Shown: positions 41,834 through 52,382, numbered from the stretch's first letter. The stretch: 64,000 bases of DNA from Candidatus Spongiisociaceae bacterium (GCA_965262915.1 OZ253564.1:2048001-2112000), one strand, 5' to 3'. Numbers and translations are program-made. Notes: a model not told the origin generated them from the sequence alone.

Positions 41834-41952
41834 ACGGGTGCCCTCCTGACTGCGACCATGGACGTTTACTTCACCGCCCATAATCGCAGGTCAGAAGGGC
41901 ATTCCCGTGTCAAACCACCCACCCCCACCACCAACCCCATGAAGAATTGGGG

Positions 41953-42058
41953 CTAGGTGCTAGGTGCCAGTACTTGATGATCGTCAACAGCACCTGACAC
42001 CTGACACCTGACACCTGACACCTGACACCTGACACCTGGCACCTGGCTCCCGACACCT
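41953..42058 (+). repeat. right part of the heptamer-repeat element (AGGTGCT units, core, CCTGACA run)
   Basis: 41955-41994 is identical over 40 bp to 45295-45334; followed by tandem CCTGACA/CCTGGCA. Confidence 0.88.
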
Positions 42059-42064
42059 AACCCT

Positions 42065-42286
42065 TCACCCCCGGAAGTGTCGCCCCAGGAGGTTGACGAC
42101 GATGGTGAGCACCACGCTGAGCACCACCATTGACGTTATGGGTATGAACACCGCCGACCGCTCACCGACCCGGCGGATATCGCCCGGCAGGTTGCCGAAC
42201 CAGGAGAGCAGCCCGAAGCGGGTCGCCAGTCCGGCCACGATGGCGATGAGACCCCCGAATATCAGAAGATCGCCCATCATTCGCAT
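42065..42286 (-). CDS. DUF2905-family small membrane protein
   Basis: WFGNLPGDIR, FIPITSM motifs. Confidence 0.85.
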   Translation of the reverse strand: MRMMGDLLIFGGLIAIVAGLATRFGLLSWFGNLPGDIRRVGERSAVFIPITSMVVLSVVLTIVVNLLGRHFRG

Positions 42287-42343
42287 GGCCCTCCCTACAC
42301 TACCCGGGCGGGTTCCGGACGATCGCCCACCGGGGAGACCCGG

Positions 42344-42523
42344 GTGACGTTCTACATCGAGGTGGACGACATCGGGGGCTACCTCGATCGGGCCGTGGCC
42401 GCCGGTGCTGGGGTCGTCATGCCGGTTATGGTCATTCCCGGCGCCGTGACCATGGCGTTGTTCTCGGACCCGGCCGGCGCGGTGGTCGGTCTCGTGGCCG
42501 ACGAGACACCGCCGGCGGAGTAG
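42344..42523 (+). pseudogene. C-terminal half of a VOC/glyoxalase family protein
   Basis: VTFYIEVDDI...AVAAGAGVVMP...MALFSDPAGAVVGL-stop; no room for the N-terminal half. Confidence 0.7.
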
Positions 42524-42535
42524 TGCACCACCGGG

Positions 42536-43390
42536 TCAGGCGGCGCAGACGACCTCGAAGTACTCGGTGATCTCCCGGAACGTCACCACGCCCAGGGCGC
42601 GGTTCGTCTCGTTGATGAGCACCAGGTAGCGATGGCCTAGCTTGGCCATGATGCCCAGCGCATCGCTGATCGGCGTGCCGGGGGCTGCCGCGGCGATCTG
42701 CTCGGTCATCCAGTCGCCCACGCGCTCGTCGACCAGATCCTCCACCCGGCAGGCTACCTTCAAGAACACGTCGTGCTCGGTCAACTCGCCGATCACCACG
42801 CCCCGGTCGTTGACGACCGAGACCAGCCCGGTCTGGGCAGAGATCATGGCCTCGACGGCGGCGGCCAGGGAGTCGCCGGGCTTCACCAGCAGCGGCTCGT
42901 GGGCGGGCAGGCCGGTGAGGTCCACGAAGTGCAGGTTGTGCTCCGGGGACAGTTCGGGGCCCAACTCGCTCTGGGACTCCAGGAACGCCGCCGCCATCCG
43001 GATGAGGTCGTAGTGGTTGATGCTGCCGAGCAGGTCGCCGTCGGCGTCGGTCACGGGCAGGTTGCGGAACCGGCGGGCGTTCATCAGGCGCAGCGCGTCG
43101 CTGGCCGAGGCGTCGTGGCCGATCACTATCGGGTCGGCCGTCATGAAGTCGTCTACCGGCGAGTCCCACACGTCGGGAGACCGCACCACGTGGTTGGTGA
43201 CGTCGCGCTCGGTGAGGATCCCGGCGAGCCTGGCGCCTTCGGTGACCACTGCGCACCCCGTGTGCTGGGCGGCCATGGCCGCGACGACGCTGCGAACCTT
43301 GCGGCCGCTGCGGACCACGACGTGCGACGACAGCCTCATGCGCGATAGCGGTACGCTCTCGAAATGCTGCACGATGTTGGAACTCGTCAC
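42536..43390 (-). CDS. CBS domain protein (two CBS pairs)
   Basis: GILTERD, FRNLPV, GELTEHD, HRYLVL; internal duplication. Confidence 0.85.
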   Translation of the reverse strand: MTSSNIVQHFESVPLSRMRLSSHVVVRSGRKVRSVVAAMAAQHTGCAVVTEGARLAGILTERDVTNHVVRSPDVWDSPVDDFMTADPIVIGHDASASDALRLMNARRFRNLPVTDADGDLLGSINHYDLIRMAAAFLESQSELGPELSPEHNLHFVDLTGLPAHEPLLVKPGDSLAAAVEAMISAQTGLVSVVNDRGVVIGELTEHDVFLKVACRVEDLVDERVGDWMTEQIAAAAPGTPISDALGIMAKLGHRYLVLINETNRALGVVTFREITEYFEVVCAA

Positions 43391-43448
43391 GGTCCTCCTA
43401 TATTCCGCAGGTCTCTCCGTAGCTCTCCCGAGGAGGGGAGCGGATCGC

Positions 43449-45131
43449 TCAGGCGTCGGTCACGCACCCTGTACTCGCCGACGACACGGTGCGGATGTAC
43501 TTGGCGAGAGTGCCGCGGGTGGCCTTGAGCGCAGGGGCCGTCCAAGCCTTGCGCCGCCCGGCCAGATCCGCATCCGTGATGTCGATGGTGACCGTCCGGG
43601 CAACCGCGTCGATCGAGATCCGATCGCCGTTCTCCACCAGTGCGATCGGACCGCCCTCCTGCGCCTCGGGGCTCACATGCCCCATGATGAAACCGTGCGA
43701 GCCGCCCGAGAACCGGCCATCGGTGATCAGGGCCACGTCTTGGCCCAGTCCGGCGCCCATGATCGCCGATGTCGGGGTCAGCATCTCGGGCATTCCCGGA
43801 CCCCCCTTGGGTCCCTCGTAGCGGATGATGATCACCGAACCCGGTCCGATCTTGTCCCGCTCCAACGCCGCCAGCATCTCCTCCTCGCTGTCGTAGGGCA
43901 GAGCCGTGCCGGTGAACGACAGGCCTTCCTTACCGGTGATCTTGGCCACCGCGCCGTCGGGCGCCAGGTTGCCCCGCAGGATCTGGAGATGGCCGGTGTC
44001 CTTGACAGGGGCATCCCAGGGGACGACCACCTGCTGGCCGTCCGCCAGCCCGGGTAGATCGGCCAGGTTCTCGGCCATGGTGCGCCCGGTGACGGTGAGA
44101 CAGTCGCCGTCGATGGCCCCCCGGTCGAGCAGCATCCGCAGCACCGCGGGGGTGCCGCCGACCGCGTGCAGATCCGCCATGACGTAGCGTCCGGACGGTT
44201 TGAGGTTCCCCAGGTAGGGTGTTCGGTCGCTGACCGCCTGGAAGTCCTCGATCTCCAGTTCCACCCCGACGGCGTGGGCCATGGCCAGCAGGTGCAGGAC
44301 CGCGTTGGTGGATCCCCCGAGAACCATCGTGATCGTCATGGAGTTCTCGAACGCTGCCCTGGTCATGATGTCGCGCGGCCGGACATCCCCTTCCATGAGC
44401 CTCCGGATGGCCGCCCCCGCCGCCAGGCACTCGGCGGTCTTGCCTTCGTCGACGGCCGGGGTGGAGGAGCTGTAGGGGAGCGACATGCCCAGCGCCTCTA
44501 TGGCTACGGCCATGGTGTTGGCCGTGTACATACCCCCGCACGCGCCCGCTCCGGGACAGGCGTTGCGGACGATGTCGAGGCGGTCCTCCTCGTCCATCCG
44601 TCCGGCGATGCGCTCCCCGTACGACTGGAAGGCGGAGACGATGTCGATGGGGTTGCCGTACCGGTCCGTCCCCGGCTGGATGGTGCCCCCGTAGATCATC
44701 AGCGAGGGCCTGTTGAGCCGGGCCATGGCCATGACCGCGCCAGGCATGTTCTTGTCGCATCCGGGGATCGAGATGTTGGCGTCGTACCACTGCGCGCTCA
44801 TGACGGTCTCGATCGAGTCAGCGATCAGGTCCCGCGACTGGAGCGAGAACGACATGCCTTCGGTGCCCATCGACATGCCGTCGGACACCCCTATCGTGTT
44901 GAAGCGCATACCCACCAGCCCGGCCCGGCCGACCCCTTCCTTCACCAGGGCCGCCAACTGATCGAGATGCATGTTGCAGCTGTTCCCCTCGTACCACATG
45001 GAGGCGATCCCCACCTGGGCCTTGGACATGTCGCCGGGTGTGAGGCCGGTGGCGTACAGCATCGCCTGGGATCCGCCCTGTGACCGCTCCTGGGTTATGC
45101 GTCTGCTGATGAGATTGATGGGTTGCGACAT
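43449..45131 (-). CDS. ilvD: dihydroxy-acid dehydratase
   Basis: [53 protein letters not shown]. Confidence 0.96.
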   Translation of the reverse strand: MSQPINLISRRITQERSQGGSQAMLYATGLTPGDMSKAQVGIASMWYEGNSCNMHLDQLAALVKEGVGRAGLVGMRFNTIGVSDGMSMGTEGMSFSLQSRDLIADSIETVMSAQWYDANISIPGCDKNMPGAVMAMARLNRPSLMIYGGTIQPGTDRYGNPIDIVSAFQSYGERIAGRMDEEDRLDIVRNACPGAGACGGMYTANTMAVAIEALGMSLPYSSSTPAVDEGKTAECLAAGAAIRRLMEGDVRPRDIMTRAAFENSMTITMVLGGSTNAVLHLLAMAHAVGVELEIEDFQAVSDRTPYLGNLKPSGRYVMADLHAVGGTPAVLRMLLDRGAIDGDCLTVTGRTMAENLADLPGLADGQQVVVPWDAPVKDTGHLQILRGNLAPDGAVAKITGKEGLSFTGTALPYDSEEEMLAALERDKIGPGSVIIIRYEGPKGGPGMPEMLTPTSAIMGAGLGQDVALITDGRFSGGSHGFIMGHVSPEAQEGGPIALVENGDRISIDAVARTVTIDITDADLAGRRKAWTAPALKATRGTLAKYIRTVSSASTGCVTDA

Positions 45132-45246
45132 GGGGCACATGATAGGTGGCTGGCGGATGGTGGTCCGTCGTCCGTTGTAACTCCTTCGGGTACCTATCTG
45201 CCGAGTTGGGTCTTCATCGCAAATAGTCCAGGTGTGGTAGCTGTTA

Positions 45247-45378
45247 CCGGCACCTGACTCCTGACTCCTGACACCGAAACAGGTGCTAGGTGCGAGGTGC
45301 TAGGTGCCAGTACTTGATGATCGTCAACAGCACCCCGGCACCCGGCACCTGGCACCTGACGCCTGACACCTGACACCT
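45247..45378 (+). repeat. heptamer-repeat element, most complete copy (IS110 target)
   Basis: CCTGACT/CCTGACA run, GAAACAGGTGCTAGGTGCGAGGTGCTAGGTGCCAG, core, then CCCGGCA/CCTGGCA/CCTGACA run; continues as GACACCTGAC after 46861. Confidence 0.88.
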
Positions 45379-45399
45379 AATGGGGGTCCACCACTTCTG

Positions 45400-45590
45400 C
45401 CGGTTTGTCTGGGAGGGTGGTGGTTGAGCTGGCCGGCCGGTGAGTACTGGTGGCACCCGGAAGGCTGATTCCTAGTGTCAGATCGTACCCCGGCCGGTTC
45501 GTGAGGGCCGCTTGTAGCGCTCATGGGGTGGCGTGCCACAGAGCACTGATCCATTAGGTCGCCGCCAGGCGTTCTCTACAGCTCGGCAAG
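45400..45590 (+). ncRNA. putative IS110 bridge RNA (boundaries approximate)
   Basis: Target loop with TGGCACC (45451-45457) and GTGTCAG (45475-45481); donor loop with TGGGGTG (45524-45530) and CCATTAG (45551-45557); each pair flanks an inner hairpin. Confidence 0.75.
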
Positions 45591-45617
45591 GATCGATCCC
45601 CGTTGAAGGAGGAAGGG

Positions 45618-46839
45618 ATGATATTTGTGGGTAACGACTGGGCTGAGGGCCACCATGATGTGTATCTGCTGGACGAGGGTGGGACCCGGCTGGGGTTCGC
45701 CCGTCTCCCGGAAGGCCTGGCGGGTGTGGCCCGGTTCCACCAGATGGTCGCCGAGCACGCATCGGATGCGGCTGAGGTAGTGGTAGGCATCGAGACCGAT
45801 CGTGGTCTGTGGGTGGGTGCGCTGGTCGCGGCGGGCTATGTGGTGTATGCGATCAACCCTAGGGCTGTGTCCCGCTACCGGGACCGTCACAGCCTGGGCG
45901 GAGCTAAATCAGACCGCGGTGATGCCAAGGTGTTAGCTGATCTGGTACGCACCGACCGTCACAACCACCGTCCCGTGGCCGGTGACAGCCCCGAATCGGA
46001 AGGTATCAAGATCGTGGCCAGAACCCATCAGAACCTGATCTGGGCTCGGACTCGTCACACCAACCAGGTCCGCAACGCTCTGCGCGAGTACTATCCCGCA
46101 GCGCTGGAAACGTTCGCTGACCTGGCCCATTCCGACGCTGTGGCCGTACTGGGTCGGGCACCCACCCCCAGCATGGGCGCTCGCCTGACGTTGCCCCAGA
46201 TCCGAGCTGCGCTCAAAAGGGGCGGACGGCGACGCAACCTCGATCCGGTCGCCCGCCGTATCCAAGCGGGCCTCCGAGCTGCTCACCTCGCCGCACCGGG
46301 GCCGGTTGAGGACGCCTTCGGAGCGACTGTCGGGGCACTGGTGAGCATCATTGGGGAGGCCAACCGCCAGATCAGCCAACTCGAAGCAACCCTCCAGACC
46401 CGTTTTGAGCAGCACCCGGACGCCGTCATCTACCACTCCCAGCCAGGACTCGGTACTGTGCTCGGCGCCCGGGCGCTCGGTGAGTTCGGGGACGACCCCC
46501 ACCGTTACACCAGCGCCAAGTCTCGCAGGAACTACGCCGGAACGTCGCCCATCACCGTGGCGTCGGGCCGCAAACGTGCTGTCCTGGCCCGCCACGTCCG
46601 AAAAGCGGCGTCTCTACGACGCCTTGGACCAATGGGCGTTCTGTTCCCTAACCCCAAGCCCAGGAGCCCGAGCCTTCTACGACCAGAAACGAGCAGCCGG
46701 CGACCTCCACCACCAAGCACTCCGAGCCCTAGCCAACCGACTCGTCGGCATCCTCCACGGCTGCCTCAAACACCAAACCCCCCACAACGAACACACCGCC
46801 TGGGCACACCGAACCACCATCGACCGAGCCGCAGCTTGA
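45618..46839 (+). pseudogene. IS110 recombinase/transposase with a frameshift near 46600
   Basis: MIFVGNDWAE, GIET, KSDRGDA, PGLGTVLGARALGEFGDD, YAGTSP; the C-terminus (RRLYDALDQWAF...ALRALANRL) is in another frame after CGAAAAG. Confidence 0.88.
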
Positions 46840-46934
46840 CATTTACGCGCCTGGGGTGTCTGACACCTGACCACTGGCTACGCTGGCGGCATGCCCGACT
46901 TGACCGGTCCCCGCCCGCCCCCGGGTCGCGGGCG

Positions 46935-47693
46935 ATGTTGATCGTCAGTGACGTGCATGCCGCGTTTGCCGAACTGGCTGCGGTCGCCGCTTCGGGGGAG
47001 CCCCTCCTAGTGCTGGGGGATCTGCTGAACTTCGTCGACTACCGGACGGGCACCGGGATCGCCGCCGATGTATACGGCCACGAGCACGCCCTCGCGTTCA
47101 TACGGAACCGCAAGACCGGCGATTGGGAAGCCAACCGCCGCCTGTGGCGACGGACGATCGCCGGCCGCGCGGACGAACTGGCGGCCCGGACGCAGGAACG
47201 GGTGTTGCAACAGTATGCCGCGGCGCGGGAGGCGCTGGACGGCGCCGATGCCTACGTGACCTTCGGCAACGTCGACTGGCCGGACGAACTGGAGTCCGGG
47301 CTTTCGGGAGCGGCCCGCTTCGTCGACGGTGAGGTGATCGAGATCGAGGGTCATCGGGTGGGTTTCGCGGGAGGGGGTGTCCCCACACCTGCTGGGGCGC
47401 GCGGCGAGGTCCCGCACGAGGTGATGGCTGCCAAGCTGGAGGCGCTCGGTGAGGTGGACATACTCTGCACCCACGTCCCGCCCTCCGTTGCGCCCCTCCA
47501 CCGGGATGTCATAACGGGCGTCCTGGAACGTTCCTCCCCGGTGGTCCTGGACTACCTGCTCACCTACCGGCCGAGGTACCACTACTTTGGAGACATCCAT
47601 CAGCCCCAGGCCCACTCCTGGAGGGTGGGTGCGACGGTGTGCCGCAACGTGGGCTACTTCCGGGCCACGGCGCGGGCGGTGAGGCATTGCTGA
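46935..47693 (+). CDS. metallophosphoesterase
   Basis: MLIVSDVH, LGDL, GNVD, CTHVPP, GDIHQP. Confidence 0.88.
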   Translation: MLIVSDVHAAFAELAAVAASGEPLLVLGDLLNFVDYRTGTGIAADVYGHEHALAFIRNRKTGDWEANRRLWRRTIAGRADELAARTQERVLQQYAAAREALDGADAYVTFGNVDWPDELESGLSGAARFVDGEVIEIEGHRVGFAGGGVPTPAGARGEVPHEVMAAKLEALGEVDILCTHVPPSVAPLHRDVITGVLERSSPVVLDYLLTYRPRYHYFGDIHQPQAHSWRVGATVCRNVGYFRATARAVRHC

Positions 47694-47743
47694 GGCGCCG
47701 CCGGATGTGAACGGCTGTCACACGTTGCCGCCACGATAGACCC

Positions 47744-50665
47744 ATGGCATTTCCGGGACCTGATGAACTGGGCCGCGGGGTGGTCGTGTCGCCCGGCGCC
47801 CCGTCGCCCTTCGACGCTGCGCGGGTCACGGTGGATGCCGCCCTCCTCGCGGACGAGGAGCGCTTGGAAGAGACCGTCGAGCGCCTGCACCGGGCCTGGG
47901 TCGCCAGGGAGCGGGTGGTCGTGGAGTTGGATGTCGACCAGGGGGAACTGCGCCGGCCGGTAAGCGACCAATCCCCGCCCTGGCGCCTGGGCCCCGCCTT
48001 CACCTTCCTGCGGGAGCGGCTCCACTTCCTGGTGTGGGCCAACAACTGGGACCTGCGGAGCGGCCTCCCGGTCTGGTGGTGGGCCCGCAAGGCCGCCGCC
48101 TTGGGGGCGGATGTCGGCGGCGAGGCCGATGTCGTTCTGCCCGACGGGACCGCGGTCTGGGTGGACGGCGGGCCCCGCGCCCCGTTCGGTCTCCCGGTGG
48201 TCCACGCCGAGTCGGTGGAGTCGGGCCGCCTGGCGCCGGCTCGAGCCACGGTTCCGGCCGGCGAGGAACTGGCCCCGGATCAGATGGCCGCGGTAGGGCA
48301 CGGAGGGGGCCCGGCCCGGATCATCGCTCCGGCCGGATCGGGCAAGACCCGAACCCTAAACGCCCGCCTGGCCCACCTGGTCGACCGGCGGGGAATCGAG
48401 CCCTGGCTGGTCACCGCGGTGGCCTACAACAACCGCGCTGCGGCCGAGATGCGAACCCGCCTCGGAAGAACGGATCTCCATATCCGCACCATCCATTCCC
48501 TCGGCTGGCGGATACTCCGCGATGTGCGGCCCGGCGCCGAACTCCTCGACGACCGGCGGGTGCGGGCACGCCTGGGCAGGCTGATCCCGAGGAGGCCGAG
48601 GCTCAACACCGACATCATCGGTCCCTACATCGAGGCGTTGGCGGACGTACGCATCGCCCTGCGCCCCCCGGTGGAGGTCGAGGAGGACCGGGACGATGTC
48701 CCCGACCTCGCCCGGGTCCTCACTGACTATCGCTCCGGTCTTGCCGAGCGCGACGAAGCCGACCACGACGAGCAGGTGTACGGCGCCATCGAGTTGCTCC
48801 TGGCCGATCCGGACCTCCGGCACACGTGGCAGCGGCGCTGCCGGCACCTGCTGGTGGACGAGTTCCAGGACCTGACCCCGGCCTACGTGCTCCTCCTACG
48901 ACTGCTGGCTTCCCCCGGCCTGGCGGTGTTCGGGGTGGGGGACGACGACCAGACCATCTACGGGTATGCCGGGGCGGATCCAGGCTTCCTCCTGGACTTC
49001 GACCAGTTCTTTCCCGGCGCCGCCGTCCACGCTCTCGAGGTCAACTACCGGTCCCCGAGCGAGGTGGTGGAGGCGGCCACCTCGCTCCTGGACAACAGCC
49101 GGCGACGGATACCGAAGACCATCCGTGCGGTTGGCGGACCCGACCCCGAAAGCCTCCGGATCGCTCGGTTACCCGGGTCGGCCATCACGTCGGAGGGGGT
49201 GGGGACGATCACCGCTTGGCTGTCGGAGGGGGTTTCGCCCGACGCGGTGGCAGTTCTGGCCCGGGTCAATTCGGCCTTGCTTCCGGTACTTGCCGGACTC
49301 GACGCCGCCGGGGTTCCCGTGAGCTCGCGCATATCGCCCGGCCTCCTGGACCGGACGGTGATGCGGGCCACCATGGCTTGGATACGCCTCGGTCTGAACC
49401 CCGGGGAGATGTGGCGGCAGGACCTGCTCGAGGCCGCCCGCCGCCCTTCCCGAAGGATCAACCGCCTCTCGGCCGAACTGGTGCCCCGCGAATGGCCGGT
49501 CACGCTGGATGGCCTGGCCGGCTTGGGCCGGGGTCTCGAGAGGCGTCATGCCGAGGCCTGGTCCGGTTGGATGGACGATGTCCACCGGGTGGTGGAGGCG
49601 GCGAGTACCGGCGACTCCGGCGCCGTGCTGGACCAACTCATCGATGTGGTCGGGCTAGGTGGGGCAGCCGACCTACTCGATCGCGGGCGAACCCGAGTCG
49701 ACCGGGCCGCCCACTCCGACGACCTGGTCGCCTTACGCCGGGCCGCGGCCATCTACCCGGACGTGGAGGACTTCGAAGATCGGCTTCGCACCCTCCTCGA
49801 CCGCCACACGCGGCGACCCGGTCCGGCGGGGGCCGGAGTCACCCTGTCGACCGTCCACCGGGTGAAGGGCATGGAGTGGGACCGCGTGGTGGTGTTCGGG
49901 GTGGACGACGGGCTGATGCCCCATGCCCTCTCCGAGGACATCGAAGAGGAGCGGCGCGTGCTGCACGTGGCGATAACCCGGGGCCGCCACCGGGTGCTGG
50001 TAGTAGCCGACGCCGACCGGCCGTCCCCTTTTCTCGCCGAGATGGCGGGCGAGAAGGTCCGGGTCCCGCGGTTGCCGGTGCCTGCGGTCGAGGAGGTTGC
50101 CGATCCGGCCGCCGGGCCGGTGGATGAGGACCTGCTGGAGAGGCTCAAGTCGTGGAGGCTGGAGACGGCAATGGAACGGGGGGTCCCCGCATATGTGGTG
50201 TTCTGGGACCGTACCCTCAAAGAGATCGCGGCGGCCCGACCCCGGACCGAGTGGGAGTTGTCTGATCTGTACGGCGTCGGCCCCACCAAGTTGAAGGAGT
50301 ACGGTGAGGGCCTCCTCGAGCTGGTGAGGGCCACTCCCGGCGCTGTTACCGACGTGCACGATGGGGCTTCCACTGCCCTCGGTCGTGTGGCGCCACCCGC
50401 GGAGGTCGGCGCCCCGGCCGCGCTGCCTGAGCGGCCGGTGGATGAGGACTTGTTGGAGAGACTCACGGTCTGGCGACTGGAGCGGGCTCAGAAGTCCGGT
50501 AGTCCCCCCTACATCGTCTTTCGCAACCGCACTCTCGAGGAGATCGCGGCCCACCAACCGCGTACCGAAGCCGAGTTGCTGGATCTCTACGGTGTCGGCC
50601 CGGCCAAGTTGGACGAGTACGGTGAGGAAGTCCTCGAGCTGGTCCGGGACCATACCGCTTCCTGA
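47744..50665 (+). CDS. UvrD/REP-family helicase with two C-terminal HRDC domains
   Basis: APAGSGKT, LVDEFQD, VGDDDQTIY, NYRS, STVHRVKGMEW, EERRVLHVAITR; two LxxWR..A...PxYxVF...TL..IAA..P units. Confidence 0.92.
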   Translation: MAFPGPDELGRGVVVSPGAPSPFDAARVTVDAALLADEERLEETVERLHRAWVARERVVVELDVDQGELRRPVSDQSPPWRLGPAFTFLRERLHFLVWANNWDLRSGLPVWWWARKAAALGADVGGEADVVLPDGTAVWVDGGPRAPFGLPVVHAESVESGRLAPARATVPAGEELAPDQMAAVGHGGGPARIIAPAGSGKTRTLNARLAHLVDRRGIEPWLVTAVAYNNRAAAEMRTRLGRTDLHIRTIHSLGWRILRDVRPGAELLDDRRVRARLGRLIPRRPRLNTDIIGPYIEALADVRIALRPPVEVEEDRDDVPDLARVLTDYRSGLAERDEADHDEQVYGAIELLLADPDLRHTWQRRCRHLLVDEFQDLTPAYVLLLRLLASPGLAVFGVGDDDQTIYGYAGADPGFLLDFDQFFPGAAVHALEVNYRSPSEVVEAATSLLDNSRRRIPKTIRAVGGPDPESLRIARLPGSAITSEGVGTITAWLSEGVSPDAVAVLARVNSALLPVLAGLDAAGVPVSSRISPGLLDRTVMRATMAWIRLGLNPGEMWRQDLLEAARRPSRRINRLSAELVPREWPVTLDGLAGLGRGLERRHAEAWSGWMDDVHRVVEAASTGDSGAVLDQLIDVVGLGGAADLLDRGRTRVDRAAHSDDLVALRRAAAIYPDVEDFEDRLRTLLDRHTRRPGPAGAGVTLSTVHRVKGMEWDRVVVFGVDDGLMPHALSEDIEEERRVLHVAITRGRHRVLVVADADRPSPFLAEMAGEKVRVPRLPVPAVEEVADPAAGPVDEDLLERLKSWRLETAMERGVPAYVVFWDRTLKEIAAARPRTEWELSDLYGVGPTKLKEYGEGLLELVRATPGAVTDVHDGASTALGRVAPPAEVGAPAALPERPVDEDLLERLTVWRLERAQKSGSPPYIVFRNRTLEEIAAHQPRTEAELLDLYGVGPAKLDEYGEEVLELVRDHTAS

Positions 50666-50841
50666 TCACTGCCGGTGTGGCGCTCCTAGGAGGGCCGGTG
50701 TGACGGCCGGGGTGGGCTCGAGGCGCATCCGGTGGTGGGCGTATGGAATCGCCGCTCGGCCGGCGGGGGATGGTGCGCCCTATTGCGGACAGGCCACTAG
50801 CCTGGGAGTGCAGGGGCCGCGACGAAACCGGGGGCAGCAGG

Positions 50842-51297
50842 GTGGCCGAGGCCACGATCCAGACCATCGAGATCGATGCTCCGCCACAGGAGTGTTTCGA
50901 GGTGGCGGCCGACTTGGCGTCCTATCCGGAGTGGGCTGTCGAGGTGCGGCGGGTCGAGATCCACGAGCGGGACATCGACGGGAGACCGGCCCGGGTCACC
51001 CTCACGATCGACGCCATGATCAGACAGGTCTCCACCACGTTCCGCTACGTCTACGATCCCCCGCGCTCCATGTCCTGGAGCGCGGAACCCGGTCCCGACA
51101 TCGAGGAACTCGAGGGGTCCTACGAGTTCAGCCCGGCCGGTGAGGGGACCTCGGTCGTCTACGCGCTGCGGGTCGTCCCTGCCTTCGACATCCCCGGCTT
51201 CCTCCGCCGCCAAGCCGAGAAACAGCTGGTGGGTACCGCGCTGCGGGGTCTCCGCAGGCGCGTCGAGGCGCAGGCCCGACCGGCGGTGGCCTCCTAG
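50842..51297 (+). CDS. SRPBCC/START (cyclase/dehydrase) family protein
   Basis: IEIDAPP..CFEVAADL.SYPEW, LEGSYEF, PGFLRRQAE. Confidence 0.85.
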   Translation: MAEATIQTIEIDAPPQECFEVAADLASYPEWAVEVRRVEIHERDIDGRPARVTLTIDAMIRQVSTTFRYVYDPPRSMSWSAEPGPDIEELEGSYEFSPAGEGTSVVYALRVVPAFDIPGFLRRQAEKQLVGTALRGLRRRVEAQARPAVAS

Positions 51298-52332
51298 ATG
51301 AGTAGTTCCAAGGGGTGCGGGGTGTAAATCCACTGCTTAGGGGTTGGGGGTGTCCAGAATCCGGGGTACGAATCTTCCCCGATCCGAAAGGACCTGGAAT
51401 GGGCCCGGACCTAGACACCCTTGCCACTGCATTGTACGTGACCACAGATGATCTGTTGATCTAGTATCCCGGGTGGGCACCGGAGCGTCCCGTGGTCGGG
51501 ATCGCTCCGAAGCTGTCGGATGCCGAGTTGGTCACCCTGGCGGTGATACAGGCTCTGTTGGGTTACACATCCGAGGCCCGTTTCCTGCGGTACGCCGACA
51601 CGCATCTACAGACCCTGGTTCCCCTACCTGCCCACCCGAGCGGCCTACAACAAGCGGCTGCGCCGCAGTAGCCTGATGATGCAACACATCATCAACTACC
51701 TCAGCCGGGTCTGTGCATCGTTCCACGACGATCTGTGGCTGGTCGACTCAACCCCGGTCGAGTGCGGCCGCAGCCGCGAGACCACCCGCCGCTCAGAGTT
51801 GGCGGGATGGGCAGAATACGGCTACTGCGCGTCGCATTCCCGCCACTTTTGGGGGTTGCGTCTCCACCTTTTGGCTACCGCATCGGGTCTGCCGATCCTG
51901 TGGGCGCTTGCTCCGGCCAAAGAAGACGAACGCGACATCGCCCTGGAGATGTTGGCCCGCAGCGGCCTCGCCCGCCCCGGCCAGACCATCATCGCGGACA
52001 AGGGCTATCGGCGGGCCAGCTTCCACAAAACCCTCAACGGGGCCGGTATCACCCTTATCCGTCCCGCGACCAAAACCGAGAAACCGCGACCCGGGCGGCG
52101 GTTCCTCCGCCCGTTCCGCCAGATCATCGAGTCGATCAACAACACCCTCAAAACCCAGCTTGATCTCGAACGGCACGGCGGACGTACCAAAGCCGGTGTG
52201 ATAGCACGTATCCTGCAACGTCTCCTAGCACTCACCGCCACGATCTGGCACAACCAAACCACCAACCAGCCAGGACCAGCCCGCTCCCTCATCGCCTACG
52301 ACCACTAACCACCCCTTGGAACTAACCGTCTA
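51295..52332 (+). mobile_element. IS982-family element (actinobacterial type)
   Basis: IRs TAGATGAGTAGTTCCAAGGGG / CCCCTTGGAACTAACCGTCTA with CTAG at both junctions. Confidence 0.85.
51399..52308 (+). pseudogene. IS982-family transposase, inactivated
   Basis: MGPDLDTLATALYV.. hits TAG at 51462-51464 and a frameshift near 51607; later VDSTPV, GYCASH, ADKGY, IES, RSLIAYDH. Confidence 0.87.
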
Positions 52333-52382
52333 GGAGGAGTCGCAGTCCGGAATCCGGCCCGGCCCGGCCCGGCCCGCCAATG

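Larger units (their letters stand above)
45379..46861 (+). mobile_element. IS110-family element
   Basis: No TIRs; CT dinucleotide at both junctions (45377-45378, 46860-46861); removal restores ...TGACACCT-GACACCTGAC. Confidence 0.9.

Noticed and set aside
45603-47693. 696-aa ORF as a genuine novel transposase-nuclease system
   Set aside because: Explained by one frameshift. The normal IS110 C-terminus is in another frame, and the phosphoesterase has its own ATG outside the element.
51462-51464. In-frame TAG in the IS982 transposase as recoding (pyrrolysine or readthrough)
   Set aside because: The same gene also has a frameshift, so ordinary decay is simpler.
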